DNA from: Candidatus Latescibacterota bacterium
GTDB lineage: Bacteria > Latescibacterota > UBA2968 > UBA8231
Assembly (NCBI GenBank): GCA_965221775.1
Contig: CBDCSU010000006.1
Span: 448,001-512,000, forward strand
Direction of reading: 5' to 3'
Length of the DNA: 64,000 bases
The notes beneath the pieces were generated by a model. That model searched no databases, had not been told where the DNA came from, and saw only the letters and a list, made by a program, of their open reading frames with translations. Made by a program: the position numbers and the translations under genes. This document shows, piece by piece, positions 36,117 through 49,288 of this stretch; within the stretch, counting starts at the first letter, position 1, and each line of letters opens with the position of its first letter.

Positions 36117-37586
36117 TCAGCCGGGATCCCAGGAGATCTCCGGGTCCAGCGGATAGACGGGGCGCCGCAGGCGGCTGTAGTCGCCGGGGCGCGGGATCTG
36201 CCGGTCGAAGCCGGGGCTGTCGACCATCAGGATCGACGCCGCCACGTCCTTGTAGGTGACCAGCGGGTTGAGCCCCTCCTTGACGACGATGAACTCCATC
36301 GCCGCCGGATCGAGACCCACCTCCTCAAGGAAGGTGGGCCCGCCGAGCTTGCCGGCGCGCTCGATCAGCACGATCGACAGGCCGCGCCCCTCCACCACCG
36401 CGATCGCGCCCACGGGGGTCTCGTACCCCGAGTGGATGGAGGTGCGGCCGTGCACGTCCCGGTGCACCGAGCGCACGGTGCCCTCGAACTCCAGGGGCGG
36501 GTTGTCCTCGGTGCAGACCCGGCCGCCGATGGAGAGCCGCACCGGCTGCCCCGGGCCCGCGGCCACCGCCTCCGGTGCGGAGACGGCGTCGACGACGCCC
36601 ACCGCCGCCGACGGCCCGACGGCGTGCTCGTAGAGGTAGCGGGCGGTGGAGACCACGTCTCCCGAGGCCCCGCCCAGGGTGCAGTCGGCCAGCTCATTCA
36701 GGACCACGGGCCGCCCCTCGACCGCCCGGCCCAGGCGCACCGCTTCCTCCACCGGGTGGATGGGAAAGCGGAACCGGTCGCGCAGGGACCACATCCGCGC
36801 CGCCAAGCGGCGGGCGCCCGCTCTCGCAAGATCCGGGTCGCCGCGGGTGGTGACCGACACGCCGGCGCCCTGGATGCTGACATCAGCCCAGGGATAGCCC
36901 ACGTAGAAGGAGCTGCAGACCACCGCCGGATCGGCATCGATCGCCTCGGCCTCGGCGCGCAGCCGGTCGATCGGCTCGCCGCGGTTCTCGGCCGGGGTGA
37001 TCAGGGGCAGCTTGATGAAGGCGGTCGTGAATTCCACCCCGCCGCCGATCCGCTCCACGAGGTGCTCCGCCGCCCGGCGGCCGACCTCGAACTGGTCGAC
37101 GTGGGGGTGGGTCCGGTAGCCGACGAGGACGTCGCTGTTGGAGGCCATCGCCTCGCTGACGTTGGCGTGGTGGTCCAGGGTCGCGGCCAGCGGTGTCCGG
37201 GGCGATTGCGCGCGCACCCCCCGCAGCAGGTCCCCCTCCGGATCCTCGATCCCCTCCACGGTCATCGCTCCGTGCAGGCACAGGAGGATGCCGTCCAGGG
37301 GCGCGGCGGCGACCAGCCGCCGCAGCAGCCCGCCGCGGATCTCCAGGTAGGATGCCTTCTCCACCAGCGGCGAGGGCATGGCCCAGGCCGACAGGGTGGG
37401 AACGACCTCGGCCCCGTGCCGCTGCAGCGTCTCCAGGGCGCCGCCGACCTCGGAGCCGGTGCCGGCGTGGGCGTCGACGATGGCCGCGCCGGTGAGGAAC
37501 TGGGTCCGCCGGAAGTCGTCCAGGGTCGTGAGCCCCGGCGCGAAGGTGTTGGACTCGTGCATCAGGGCGCCGATGGCGATGCGCAT
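36117..37586 (-). CDS. M81/MlrC family metallopeptidase/deacylase
   Basis: HESNTF, LCLHGAM, DPEGDLL, LDHHAN, YRTHPHVD, RLRRPVYPLD. Confidence 0.9.
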   Translation of the reverse strand: MRIAIGALMHESNTFAPGLTTLDDFRRTQFLTGAAIVDAHAGTGSEVGGALETLQRHGAEVVPTLSAWAMPSPLVEKASYLEIRGGLLRRLVAAAPLDGILLCLHGAMTVEGIEDPEGDLLRGVRAQSPRTPLAATLDHHANVSEAMASNSDVLVGYRTHPHVDQFEVGRRAAEHLVERIGGGVEFTTAFIKLPLITPAENRGEPIDRLRAEAEAIDADPAVVCSSFYVGYPWADVSIQGAGVSVTTRGDPDLARAGARRLAARMWSLRDRFRFPIHPVEEAVRLGRAVEGRPVVLNELADCTLGGASGDVVSTARYLYEHAVGPSAAVGVVDAVSAPEAVAAGPGQPVRLSIGGRVCTEDNPPLEFEGTVRSVHRDVHGRTSIHSGYETPVGAIAVVEGRGLSIVLIERAGKLGGPTFLEEVGLDPAAMEFIVVKEGLNPLVTYKDVAASILMVDSPGFDRQIPRPGDYSRLRRPVYPLDPEISWDPG

Positions 37587-38563
37587 CAGCCGCCCGTGCG
37601 CCGCTCCAGGGCCTCGTCGATCATCCGGTCGATGGTGTATCGCGGCGCGTACCCCAGCAGGCGCCCCGCCTTGTCGTTGCTGATGCGGTAGCGCCCCAGC
37701 CCCGCGAGCCGGATCCCCGCCCACGGCCGGCCCAGCCCCCGGGCCACCTTGTCGATGCAGTCCAGGAAGCGGAAGGGGGCGGCGCCGGCGATGTTGAAGA
37801 TCTCGCCCGCCGCCGCCCGGGGGTTCTCCACGGCGAGGACGAAGCCGTCGGCGATGTCGTCGGCGTGGGCGAGCTGCACCTCCACCGAGGTGCCGTCCTC
37901 GTAGAGGGGGGCGATGAGGCCGCGGCCCTCGGCGCACAGGGCGTCGAGGCGCTCCTGCTCCCCCGGCGCCAGCAGGGTCTCCCAGAACTCCGGCTCGAAG
38001 GCCTGCAGGACGTCGCTCTCGTCGAGGGTCCAGCCGACGCGGTGGATGGCGCAGGGCAGCCCGTACGACTTCTCGTAGTTGGCGCACAGGGCTTCCAGAG
38101 TCGCCTTGGCCAGGGAGTAGAACCGGCCCGGCCGCAGGGTGATCTCCACCTCCTCGGTGATCACCTCCTCGTGCTCCCGGTAGATGGCGCAGAACACGGC
38201 GTCGCTGCTGGCGAAGGTGAAGAGCCGCACCGATCCCGCCTGGCGCGCCGCCTCCAGGACGTTGTAGGTGCCGCGCACGAGGTGGTCGAAGAGATGGTCG
38301 TTCTCGAGGCGGTCCTCCACGGCCGTGCCCATCTCGAAGACGGCGGCGAGGTGACAGACGAAGTCGCAGCCGGCCACGGCCTCGGCGAAGGAGGAGCGGT
38401 CGCGGACATCGCCGCGGACCAGGCTCATGCCGCTGCTGGTGATGCCTTCAGGCTCGTTGTTGTGGACCAGGACGCGCACGTGGTAGCCGCGGTCGAGCAG
38501 CTTGACCAGCACCCGCCGGCCGATGCGGCCGGCGCCGCCGGTGAGGAAGACGGTCCCGCTCAT
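37586..38563 (-). CDS. NAD-dependent epimerase/dehydratase (extended SDR)
   Basis: LTGGAGRIG, CHLAA, ASS, YSLAK. Confidence 0.85.
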   Translation of the reverse strand: MSGTVFLTGGAGRIGRRVLVKLLDRGYHVRVLVHNNEPEGITSSGMSLVRGDVRDRSSFAEAVAGCDFVCHLAAVFEMGTAVEDRLENDHLFDHLVRGTYNVLEAARQAGSVRLFTFASSDAVFCAIYREHEEVITEEVEITLRPGRFYSLAKATLEALCANYEKSYGLPCAIHRVGWTLDESDVLQAFEPEFWETLLAPGEQERLDALCAEGRGLIAPLYEDGTSVEVQLAHADDIADGFVLAVENPRAAAGEIFNIAGAAPFRFLDCIDKVARGLGRPWAGIRLAGLGRYRISNDKAGRLLGYAPRYTIDRMIDEALERRTGG

Positions 38564-39726
38564 CCGACCAGCTCGCCGCGGTGGTCGAGGACCTTGCTCA
38601 CGGCGTCGGCGATCCTGCAGACCTGGCCTGCTTCGGCGAGCAGGGCGTGGTGGAAGATCCAGACCGAGCGCTCGGAGAGCTCGCGGGAGGCGGGGAACTC
38701 CCCCGCCGTGAGGCCGCGGTGGCGCAGGCAGGCGACCTCGTGGAGGGCGGGGTACTGGTCCTCCACGGGCACCCCTTCGGCCCGCAGGGCTCGCTTGAAG
38801 GCGTCGCGGGGGACGTCGGCCTCCAGCACGAAGGGGAAGAGGTAGTGGCCGTGCCGACCGAGGCCGGGCTGGCGCGCTTGCGGGCGCACGCCGTCGATCG
38901 CGGCGAGCCGCTCGTTGAGCAGGGCCCCGTGGCGGTCCCGCCGGTCGCAGAGCTCCTCGAGGCGGCTCATCTGGGCCAGCAGCAGCGCCGCCTGCAGCTC
39001 GGAGAGGCGGTAGTTGCTGCCGAGGGTGAAGTGGTTGTAGTCGTCCTCGCTGCCGTGGCGCCCGGCGCTGTGGATCGCCCGCATCCTCGCCAGCAGACGC
39101 TCGGAACGGGTGACCACGGCGCCGCCCTCGCCGCAGCACAGGGTCTTGCTCGACTGGAAGCTGAAGGTGCCGATCTCGCCGAAGGCGCCGGCGTACGTCC
39201 CGTTGAGATGGGCGCCGTGGGCGTGGGCGCAGTCCTCGACGACGGCGAGCCCGTAGCGGTCGGCGAGATGGAGGATGCTCTCCATGTCGCACAGGTTGCC
39301 GCCGAAGTGGACGGGAATGACGGCGCGGGTGCGCTCGGTGACCGCCGCCTCCACCGCGGCGGGGTCGATGGTGAAGGTGTCCGGCCGCACGTCGACCAGG
39401 ACCGGCCGGATCCCCAGGCGCAGGGGCGCGGTGGCGGTGGCCACGAAGGTGTAGTCGGGGACGATGACCTCGTCGCCGGGGCCGAGGCCCAGGGCCTCCA
39501 GCGCCATCTCGATGGCCACGGTGCCGTTGGCCACCGGCAGGACCTGGCCGGCGCGCTGGAACTCTGCGAAGCGGCGGCTGAACTCGGCCAGGCACTCGCC
39601 CCCGACCCCCCAGGTGCCGCTCTCGAGGGCGGCCTGCACCTGCTCCAGCTCGGTGCCGTCCTGGATCGGCCAGCCGGGGAAGGGATCCGCGATCAGGGGG
39701 TCGCCGGAGTGGAGGGCCAGGGACAA
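38560..39726 (-). CDS. DegT/DnrJ/EryC1/StrS family PLP aminotransferase
   Basis: NGTVA, PGDEVIVP.YTFVAT, PVHFGG, EDCAHAHG, FSFQSSK, GEGG, GSNYRLSE. Confidence 0.92.
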   Translation of the reverse strand: MSLALHSGDPLIADPFPGWPIQDGTELEQVQAALESGTWGVGGECLAEFSRRFAEFQRAGQVLPVANGTVAIEMALEALGLGPGDEVIVPDYTFVATATAPLRLGIRPVLVDVRPDTFTIDPAAVEAAVTERTRAVIPVHFGGNLCDMESILHLADRYGLAVVEDCAHAHGAHLNGTYAGAFGEIGTFSFQSSKTLCCGEGGAVVTRSERLLARMRAIHSAGRHGSEDDYNHFTLGSNYRLSELQAALLLAQMSRLEELCDRRDRHGALLNERLAAIDGVRPQARQPGLGRHGHYLFPFVLEADVPRDAFKRALRAEGVPVEDQYPALHEVACLRHRGLTAGEFPASRELSERSVWIFHHALLAEAGQVCRIADAVSKVLDHRGELVG

Positions 39727-39846
39727 GGGGCCTCGCTGGGTGGGCGGGATGCCGGGGCGCCGAGAGCGGCGTTAGCATAGGGCCGGCTCCGGCCCGGCGA
39801 CAAGCGATGTCCCCGCCTTGGAATCAGCTCCGGCGAGGGCCTATGC

Positions 39847-42270
39847 TTGCGCTCCGTGAGAGAGAATCCAACCGGGGTCCGGGCGGTGTGCGAAGGGCGG
39901 GGGCGGCGGCGCCTCCACGGCCTCGCCCGCGGGTGCGCGGCCCTGATCTTCTGGCAGGTGCAGGGGGCCCCGTCCCTGCATGCCGACCCCCTCCCGCCGC
40001 AGGAGCACGCGGTCCGGCGTTTCGCCGCCCGGCAGATGGAGCGGCTGCAGTCCCCCGGCGCCGAGGTCGCCCGCTGGCCGAAGCTCTCCCGCTATTTCGC
40101 CGCCTATCCCCTGCCCACGGAGGAAGCCGAGGCCGGGCGCCTCCTGGGGACGGCGCGGCGCATCCTCCGGGCCTTCGCCGCGCGGCTCCACGGGGCCGCC
40201 CTGGAGCAGGCCCGGCGGGCGGGATCGTCCGCCGCCGGCGCCGACCACGTCACCATGGCCCTGGACGAGCTGCTGCCGAGCGCCGGGACGCCCTACAAGA
40301 CCCGCGTGTTCTTCCCCGAGGCCCCGCCCGACCGGCAGGTGCCGGTGGAGGTCATCGACCTCGAAGCGTTCCAGGACACCCCCATCACCTGGCGCGCCCT
40401 GGCCGATCTCACCCTGCCTCCGGACGAGGGTTCCCTGGCCGACGAGGAGGCCGTGCGCCGCTTCGCCGACGGCGTCGGCGCCTACGGGCTGCTCCTGTTC
40501 CGGCTGGGGGCGGCCAGCGCCCGCGGGGAGCACGCCCCCAACCTGGCCAGCCCGCACCTACGCAAGGCGCAGAGGGAGATCTCGCGGCGGCGGCTGGAGT
40601 CGGAGTCACCCCCTCCGGCCGCGGCTACCGGCGCCGGGGACCCGCTCACCGGGGAGACCCCCTTCACCGACGTGACCGCCGCCAGCGGCATCGACTTCCG
40701 CCACGTGAGCAGCGACTGGATCTCGCGCTTCCGGCGCTACGGGCCCCAGGCGCCCACCTTCAGCGGCGGCGGCGTCACCGCCGGCGACCTCGACGGCGAC
40801 GGCTGGCCCGACCTCGTCTACTGCGGCGGCGAGGGCTGCTCCGCCTTCGGCAACCGCGGGGACGGGAGCTTCGAGGACCTCGGCGAGGGGCAGCTGACCG
40901 TCCCCGGCGAGGCCCGCATGTCCCTGGCCGCCGACCTCGACAACGACGGCGACCCCGATCTCTTCGTCACCTACGCCCGCGACACGAACCGTCTCTTCCG
41001 CAACCGCGGCGGCGGCCGCTTCGACGACGTCACCGCCGCCTCCGGCCTCGAGCGGCCCGGCGACATCAGCGGCCCTGCCATCGCCTTCGACTACGACAAC
41101 GACGGCCGCCTCGACCTCTACGTGGGCAACTTCGGCGACTATCTCGCGGGCGCCTCGCCGTGGGTCGTCGCCGATCCCCGCAACGCCCTTCCCAACCGCC
41201 TCTACCGCAACCTCGGGGAGCTGCGCTTCGAGGACGTCACCGGCCGCGCCGGCGCCGGCGACACGGGCTGGACCCAGGCCGTCTCCCACCTCGACTACAA
41301 CCACGACGGCTACCAGGACATCTACGTGGCCAACGACTTCGGCTCCAACGAGCTGCTGGAGAACCAGGGCGACGGCACCTTCCTGGCGCGGGGGGAGGAG
41401 ACGGGCACCCGGGACCGCTTCCACGGCATGAACGTCGCCTTCGCCGATCTCAACGGCGACGACCACGCCGACATCCTGGTGAGCAACATCTGGGGCTGGT
41501 CCCCCACGACGCGGGCCCCCGGGGAGACCAACAGCCTCTTCCTCTCCGACCCGCGGGCCGACGGCGGCGTCCGCTACCGCCGCGACCTCGACTCGATCCC
41601 CGGGATGTTGCGGCGCGACACCGGCTGGGCCTGGGCGGCCCTGTTCTTCGACCTGGAGAACGACGGCGACGACGACCTCTTCCTCCTGAACGGGCTCACC
41701 GACTACAGCACGGCCCGCCAGTTCCGCCCCCATCCCTCGAAGCCCGGCGCCCTCTACCCGGTGTCGAACAGCCGCGAGGCGAACCTGCTCTTCGTCAGCG
41801 AGGGGGGGCGTCTTGAGGTCCCTCCCGGGCCCAGCGGCGCCGAGCTGGGGCGGCACAACTCCCGGGCCCTGGCCCTGCTCGACCACGACCGCGACGGCGA
41901 TCTCGACATGGCGGTGAGCACCTTCCACGGCGAGGGGCGGCTGTTCCGCAACGACGCCGCGACAGGGTCCAACCACTGGCTGCGGGTCGAGCTGGTGGGC
42001 GATCCCGCCCGGGGCGCCAGCCTCGACGCCGTCGGCGCCCGGGTCATCGCCCGTCCCGCGGGAGGCGCCCCGGTCTGGCGCGTCGTCACCGGCGGCGAGG
42101 GCTACCTGGGGATGAGCACCCTGCCCGTGGACATCGGTCTCGGCGAGGCGGAAGCCGCCGACCTGGAGATCCTGTGGCCGGGGAGGCAGCCGCAGCGCCT
42201 GGAGGGGGTCGCCGCGGACCAGGCGATCCGCGTGCGCCAGGGCGCCCCCGGGTTCGAGCGGCTCCACTGA
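39847..42270 (+). CDS. FG-GAP/CRTAC1-like beta-propeller with ASPIC/UnbV domain and an N-terminal putative histone-fold doublet
   Basis: Multiple DxDxDGxxDL repeats, FTDVTAASGI, C-terminal NHWLRVELVG...DAVGARV...GEGYLG; N-terminal helical region resembles two histone folds; exact start uncertain. Confidence 0.8.
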   Translation: MRSVRENPTGVRAVCEGRGRRRLHGLARGCAALIFWQVQGAPSLHADPLPPQEHAVRRFAARQMERLQSPGAEVARWPKLSRYFAAYPLPTEEAEAGRLLGTARRILRAFAARLHGAALEQARRAGSSAAGADHVTMALDELLPSAGTPYKTRVFFPEAPPDRQVPVEVIDLEAFQDTPITWRALADLTLPPDEGSLADEEAVRRFADGVGAYGLLLFRLGAASARGEHAPNLASPHLRKAQREISRRRLESESPPPAAATGAGDPLTGETPFTDVTAASGIDFRHVSSDWISRFRRYGPQAPTFSGGGVTAGDLDGDGWPDLVYCGGEGCSAFGNRGDGSFEDLGEGQLTVPGEARMSLAADLDNDGDPDLFVTYARDTNRLFRNRGGGRFDDVTAASGLERPGDISGPAIAFDYDNDGRLDLYVGNFGDYLAGASPWVVADPRNALPNRLYRNLGELRFEDVTGRAGAGDTGWTQAVSHLDYNHDGYQDIYVANDFGSNELLENQGDGTFLARGEETGTRDRFHGMNVAFADLNGDDHADILVSNIWGWSPTTRAPGETNSLFLSDPRADGGVRYRRDLDSIPGMLRRDTGWAWAALFFDLENDGDDDLFLLNGLTDYSTARQFRPHPSKPGALYPVSNSREANLLFVSEGGRLEVPPGPSGAELGRHNSRALALLDHDRDGDLDMAVSTFHGEGRLFRNDAATGSNHWLRVELVGDPARGASLDAVGARVIARPAGGAPVWRVVTGGEGYLGMSTLPVDIGLGEAEAADLEILWPGRQPQRLEGVAADQAIRVRQGAPGFERLH

Positions 42271-42285
42271 TCCGATGACTCTCCG

Positions 42286-45717
<3,432 letters not shown>

Positions 45718-45719
45718 AG

Positions 45720-47711
45720 GTGGATCTGCGGCAGCGGCTGGAGTCGGTCTCGCCGGCGAGCTGGGCTCGGCCGCTCCTGTTCTGGGCCCTGGCCCTGCTC
45801 TACCTCCGCTGGGTCATCGACCCGCGGGTGCTCTTCGACGCCTTCGGATTCATCATTCCCGTCCCCACTCCCGGCGCCGCTCTCCTCGAGTTCCCGGGCC
45901 ATCCGGGGGACTTCGCCAGGGGCCTGGGGGTCGTGGCGTCGGAGATGTACCAGTCGCCCTGGTGGGGCGCCCGCAACATCGCGGGGACCGCCTTCGCGCT
46001 CTGGCTCGGGACGCGGGTCCTCATGCGCCTGGCCGCCGGCAACGGCCCCGGCCTGGCGGCCTGCCTCCCCCCCGTCCTGCTGCTGGCCGCCTTCACCGCC
46101 TTCGAGCACCCTCTCGCCCGCTACGACGACTACCAGGGACCCCAGACCTCTTCCCTGGCCCTGGCCCTGGGCCTCTGGCACGCCGTCCTCTACGCCGCCG
46201 CGGGGGCGCGGTTCGGGCCGCGCATCCGGCTGGCCGCCTTCCCCCTGCTCTGCTTCTCCGCCCACTGGCTCGCCGGCGGCGCGGTCCTGGTGCTGGCGGC
46301 GCTGGCCGCGCTCGTCGAGGCTGCGGCCCGGCGCTGGCTGGCGGCGGCGGTCTGCTTGGCGGCCGGGGCCGCCCTGCCCTGGGCCCTGACCTTGCACCTG
46401 TACGACCTGATCCCCGGCGACGGCATGACCCGCCTGTTGCCGCTGAGCTACTGGACCCGCCCCGGGGCCTACGGATTCGCCACGGCCATGTGGCTGTCGG
46501 TGCCCGCGGCGGTGGCGGTGGCCGTCGTGTGGAGCCGGCTGGGGGCCGCAGACGGTGAGGGGACCGGTCTCGCCGCCGGGTGGACCGCCCGCGTGCGGAC
46601 GGTCCTGCGGCCGGCTGGAGGCGTTGCGGAGAGCCGATTCGGTGGCGAGGGAGCCAAGGCGGTACGGAAGGGCCGGGAGCAAGTGGAAGGCGGTTCCGGG
46701 AGCATCGCCCGGGGGTGGTTGCCCCCACCCATTCGGGCGGTCGTGCGCATGACCGCCCCCGTGCTCCTGGCCGGGGCGGGGATCGCCCTCTCCTGGGACG
46801 GCCCGCGGCGGGACTTCTTCGAGGCCGCCCACTTCTCGCGGCGGGAGATGTGGGCGGAGCTGCTGGACACGGTGCGGCTCCGGCCCGGGGCGTTCGAGCA
46901 CCCCCTCCTGCAGCGCGAGGCCCTGCGCGCCCTCTACCACACCGGCCGCCTGGGGGACGACCTGTTCTCGCTGCCGGTCTCGGCGGCGGCGGCGCCCGTG
47001 CCCTGGCTGTCGCTGCCGCGGGACCGGGACCCGCAGTTGTGGGACCACGCCCAGATCGGCCGCCTCGCCCTCGACCTGGGGGACGTCAACCGGGCCGAGC
47101 ACTTCCATCACGAGCTGCTCGAAGGCGCCGGGGAGCATCCCGCCGTGCTCCGACAGCTCGCCCTGGTCAACCTCGCGAAGGGCCGGCCCGAGACGGCCGG
47201 CGTCTTCCTGAACGCCCTGGGCCCCGCCCGGCGCGGGGATCCCGAAGCCGTGGAGGAGCGGGTCCGCTATCTGCAGTCGGTCATGTTCCTCGAAGACGAC
47301 GTCTCCTTCATCGAGGACGCGCCGCCGCGGGCGGAGTCGACGGCGACCCTGGAGGCCCTGCTGGAGCGCAACCCCGCGAACCGCATGGCCTTCGAGTACC
47401 TCATGACCCGCTACCTGATCAGCGGCCGGGCCGGGGAGGTGTCGCGCAACATGTGGCGATTGAGCGGACTCGGCTATCGGCGGATCCCCCGCCACTACGA
47501 GGAGGCGATCGTCGTTCACGAGTTCACCACGGGGGAGCGGGTCGAGGTCCCCGGCCTGCGGGTCAGCGACGAGACCCGGCAGCGCTTCGAGGCCTTCAAG
47601 ACGGCGGCCCGGAGCCTGCGCTCGGACCAGCGGCAGGCGCGGGAGCGGCTGGCGCCGGAGTTCGGAGACGGTTTCTTCTACTACCGGACCTTCGGCCAAT
47701 CCGGAGCGTAG
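45720..47711 (+). CDS. DUF6057-like polytopic membrane protein with TPR-like C-terminus
   Basis: GTG start 2 nt after previous stop; many TMs; NPANRMAFEYLM, IPRHYEEA, FGDGFFYY. Confidence 0.7.
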   Translation: MDLRQRLESVSPASWARPLLFWALALLYLRWVIDPRVLFDAFGFIIPVPTPGAALLEFPGHPGDFARGLGVVASEMYQSPWWGARNIAGTAFALWLGTRVLMRLAAGNGPGLAACLPPVLLLAAFTAFEHPLARYDDYQGPQTSSLALALGLWHAVLYAAAGARFGPRIRLAAFPLLCFSAHWLAGGAVLVLAALAALVEAAARRWLAAAVCLAAGAALPWALTLHLYDLIPGDGMTRLLPLSYWTRPGAYGFATAMWLSVPAAVAVAVVWSRLGAADGEGTGLAAGWTARVRTVLRPAGGVAESRFGGEGAKAVRKGREQVEGGSGSIARGWLPPPIRAVVRMTAPVLLAGAGIALSWDGPRRDFFEAAHFSRREMWAELLDTVRLRPGAFEHPLLQREALRALYHTGRLGDDLFSLPVSAAAAPVPWLSLPRDRDPQLWDHAQIGRLALDLGDVNRAEHFHHELLEGAGEHPAVLRQLALVNLAKGRPETAGVFLNALGPARRGDPEAVEERVRYLQSVMFLEDDVSFIEDAPPRAESTATLEALLERNPANRMAFEYLMTRYLISGRAGEVSRNMWRLSGLGYRRIPRHYEEAIVVHEFTTGERVEVPGLRVSDETRQRFEAFKTAARSLRSDQRQARERLAPEFGDGFFYYRTFGQSGA

Positions 47712-47713
47712 CC

Positions 47714-49288
47714 ATGGGCTTGAAATGGATCGGTCTCCTGGTGGCGTTGACCCTGGCCGCCGCCCTCGCCGTGGGCTGGCCGGCGGCCTCCGGCGGCGGC
47801 ACGGAGTTTCCCTCGGATCACCGCGAGGTGGATCGGCCGCCGCGCATCCGGCCCGACTACGCGGGCACGGTCATCCCCGCCAACATCTGCCCCCTCAACT
47901 TCTCCGTGCAGGAGCCGGGAGAGCGTTACCTCGCGCGCATCTCCGGCGCCCGCGGCAAGGCGATCGAGGTCTCCTCGTCGAGCCCGGAGGTGGACATCCC
48001 GCGGGCGGCGTGGCGGGAGCTTCTGCACGCCAACCGCGGTGGAGAGCTGCTCGTCGATCTCTTCGTCGAGGACGCGGAGGGCGGATGGACCCGCTACGGG
48101 CGGATCACCAACCGCGTCGCCGAGGCGCCGATCGACGGCCACCTCGTGTACCGCAAGCTCAACCCGAACTACAACTTCTGGTCCGACATCGGCATCTATC
48201 AGCGCGACCTGTCCGGGTGGGAGGAGTCCGTCGTCCTCCACGGCCGCTCCATGGGGACGGGCTGCGTCAACTGCCACACCTTCAACCACGGCGACCCCCG
48301 CCGGATGTTCATCGGCATCCGCGGCGGCAGCTTCGACTCCGGGACCCTGCTGGCCGACGGCGGCCGGATCGACAAGATCGGCACCAGCTGGGGCTACATG
48401 ACCTGGCATCCCAGCGGCCTGCTGACGGTGCAGGCGATGATCAAGGTGAGGCAGTTCTTCCACCGGGGCGGCGACGAGGTGCGGGACGTGATCGACCTCG
48501 ACGCCGGCCTGGTCGCCTACGACCTGCGCACGCAGAGCCTCAAGACGGCGCCCGGCCTGTCCGACGACAATCGCCTGGAGACCTATCCCACCTGGTCCCC
48601 CGACGGACGCCACCTCTACTTCTGCAGCGCGCCCATCCTGTGGGAGGACCGGGACCGCATGGTCCCCGAGGCCTGGGACGAGGTGCGTTACGACCTGCGG
48701 CGGATCGCCTACGACATCGAGACCGACGAGTGGGGCGAGCCGGAGACGGTCCTCTCCGCCGAGGAGACGGGGCGGAGCCTGCTGCTGCCGCGGGTCTCGC
48801 CGGACGGGCGGTTCCTGCTGTTCTGCATGACCGACTACGGCTGCTTCCCCATCTTTCAGCCGAGCTCCGACCTGCACATGATGGACCTGCGCACCGGCGA
48901 GCACCGGCGGCTGGCCATCAACAGCGAGCGCGCCGAGTCGTGGCACGCCTGGTCGACCAACGGCGCCTGGATCGCCTTCAGCAGCAAGCGCCGCGACGGG
49001 CTGTTCACGCGCATCTACATCAGCCACGTGGACGAGCACGGCCGGGCGCACAAGCCCTTCCTCCTGCCCCAGAGGGACCCCTTGCTCTACGACGCCCATC
49101 TGAAGACCTACAGCGTACCCGAGTTCACCACCGGTCCCGTGGAGATCAGCCAGGCCGCCCTCGCCGCCGCCGCCCGGGGCCCGGCCACCATCGACCCGGT
49201 CAGCCCCGTCACCTTCGATTCCACGCCGACGAAGGGTGCCATGCTCACCGGCGGCCCCGTGGGACACGCCTCGGTGGGGCGGCGATGA
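47714..49288 (+). CDS. TolB-like/PD40 beta-propeller with CxxCH motif
   Basis: PRIRPDYAGTVIPANICPLNF, GCVNCH, ETYPTWSPDG, PRVSPDG, FSSKRRDG. Confidence 0.75.
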   Translation: MGLKWIGLLVALTLAAALAVGWPAASGGGTEFPSDHREVDRPPRIRPDYAGTVIPANICPLNFSVQEPGERYLARISGARGKAIEVSSSSPEVDIPRAAWRELLHANRGGELLVDLFVEDAEGGWTRYGRITNRVAEAPIDGHLVYRKLNPNYNFWSDIGIYQRDLSGWEESVVLHGRSMGTGCVNCHTFNHGDPRRMFIGIRGGSFDSGTLLADGGRIDKIGTSWGYMTWHPSGLLTVQAMIKVRQFFHRGGDEVRDVIDLDAGLVAYDLRTQSLKTAPGLSDDNRLETYPTWSPDGRHLYFCSAPILWEDRDRMVPEAWDEVRYDLRRIAYDIETDEWGEPETVLSAEETGRSLLLPRVSPDGRFLLFCMTDYGCFPIFQPSSDLHMMDLRTGEHRRLAINSERAESWHAWSTNGAWIAFSSKRRDGLFTRIYISHVDEHGRAHKPFLLPQRDPLLYDAHLKTYSVPEFTTGPVEISQAALAAAARGPATIDPVSPVTFDSTPTKGAMLTGGPVGHASVGRR

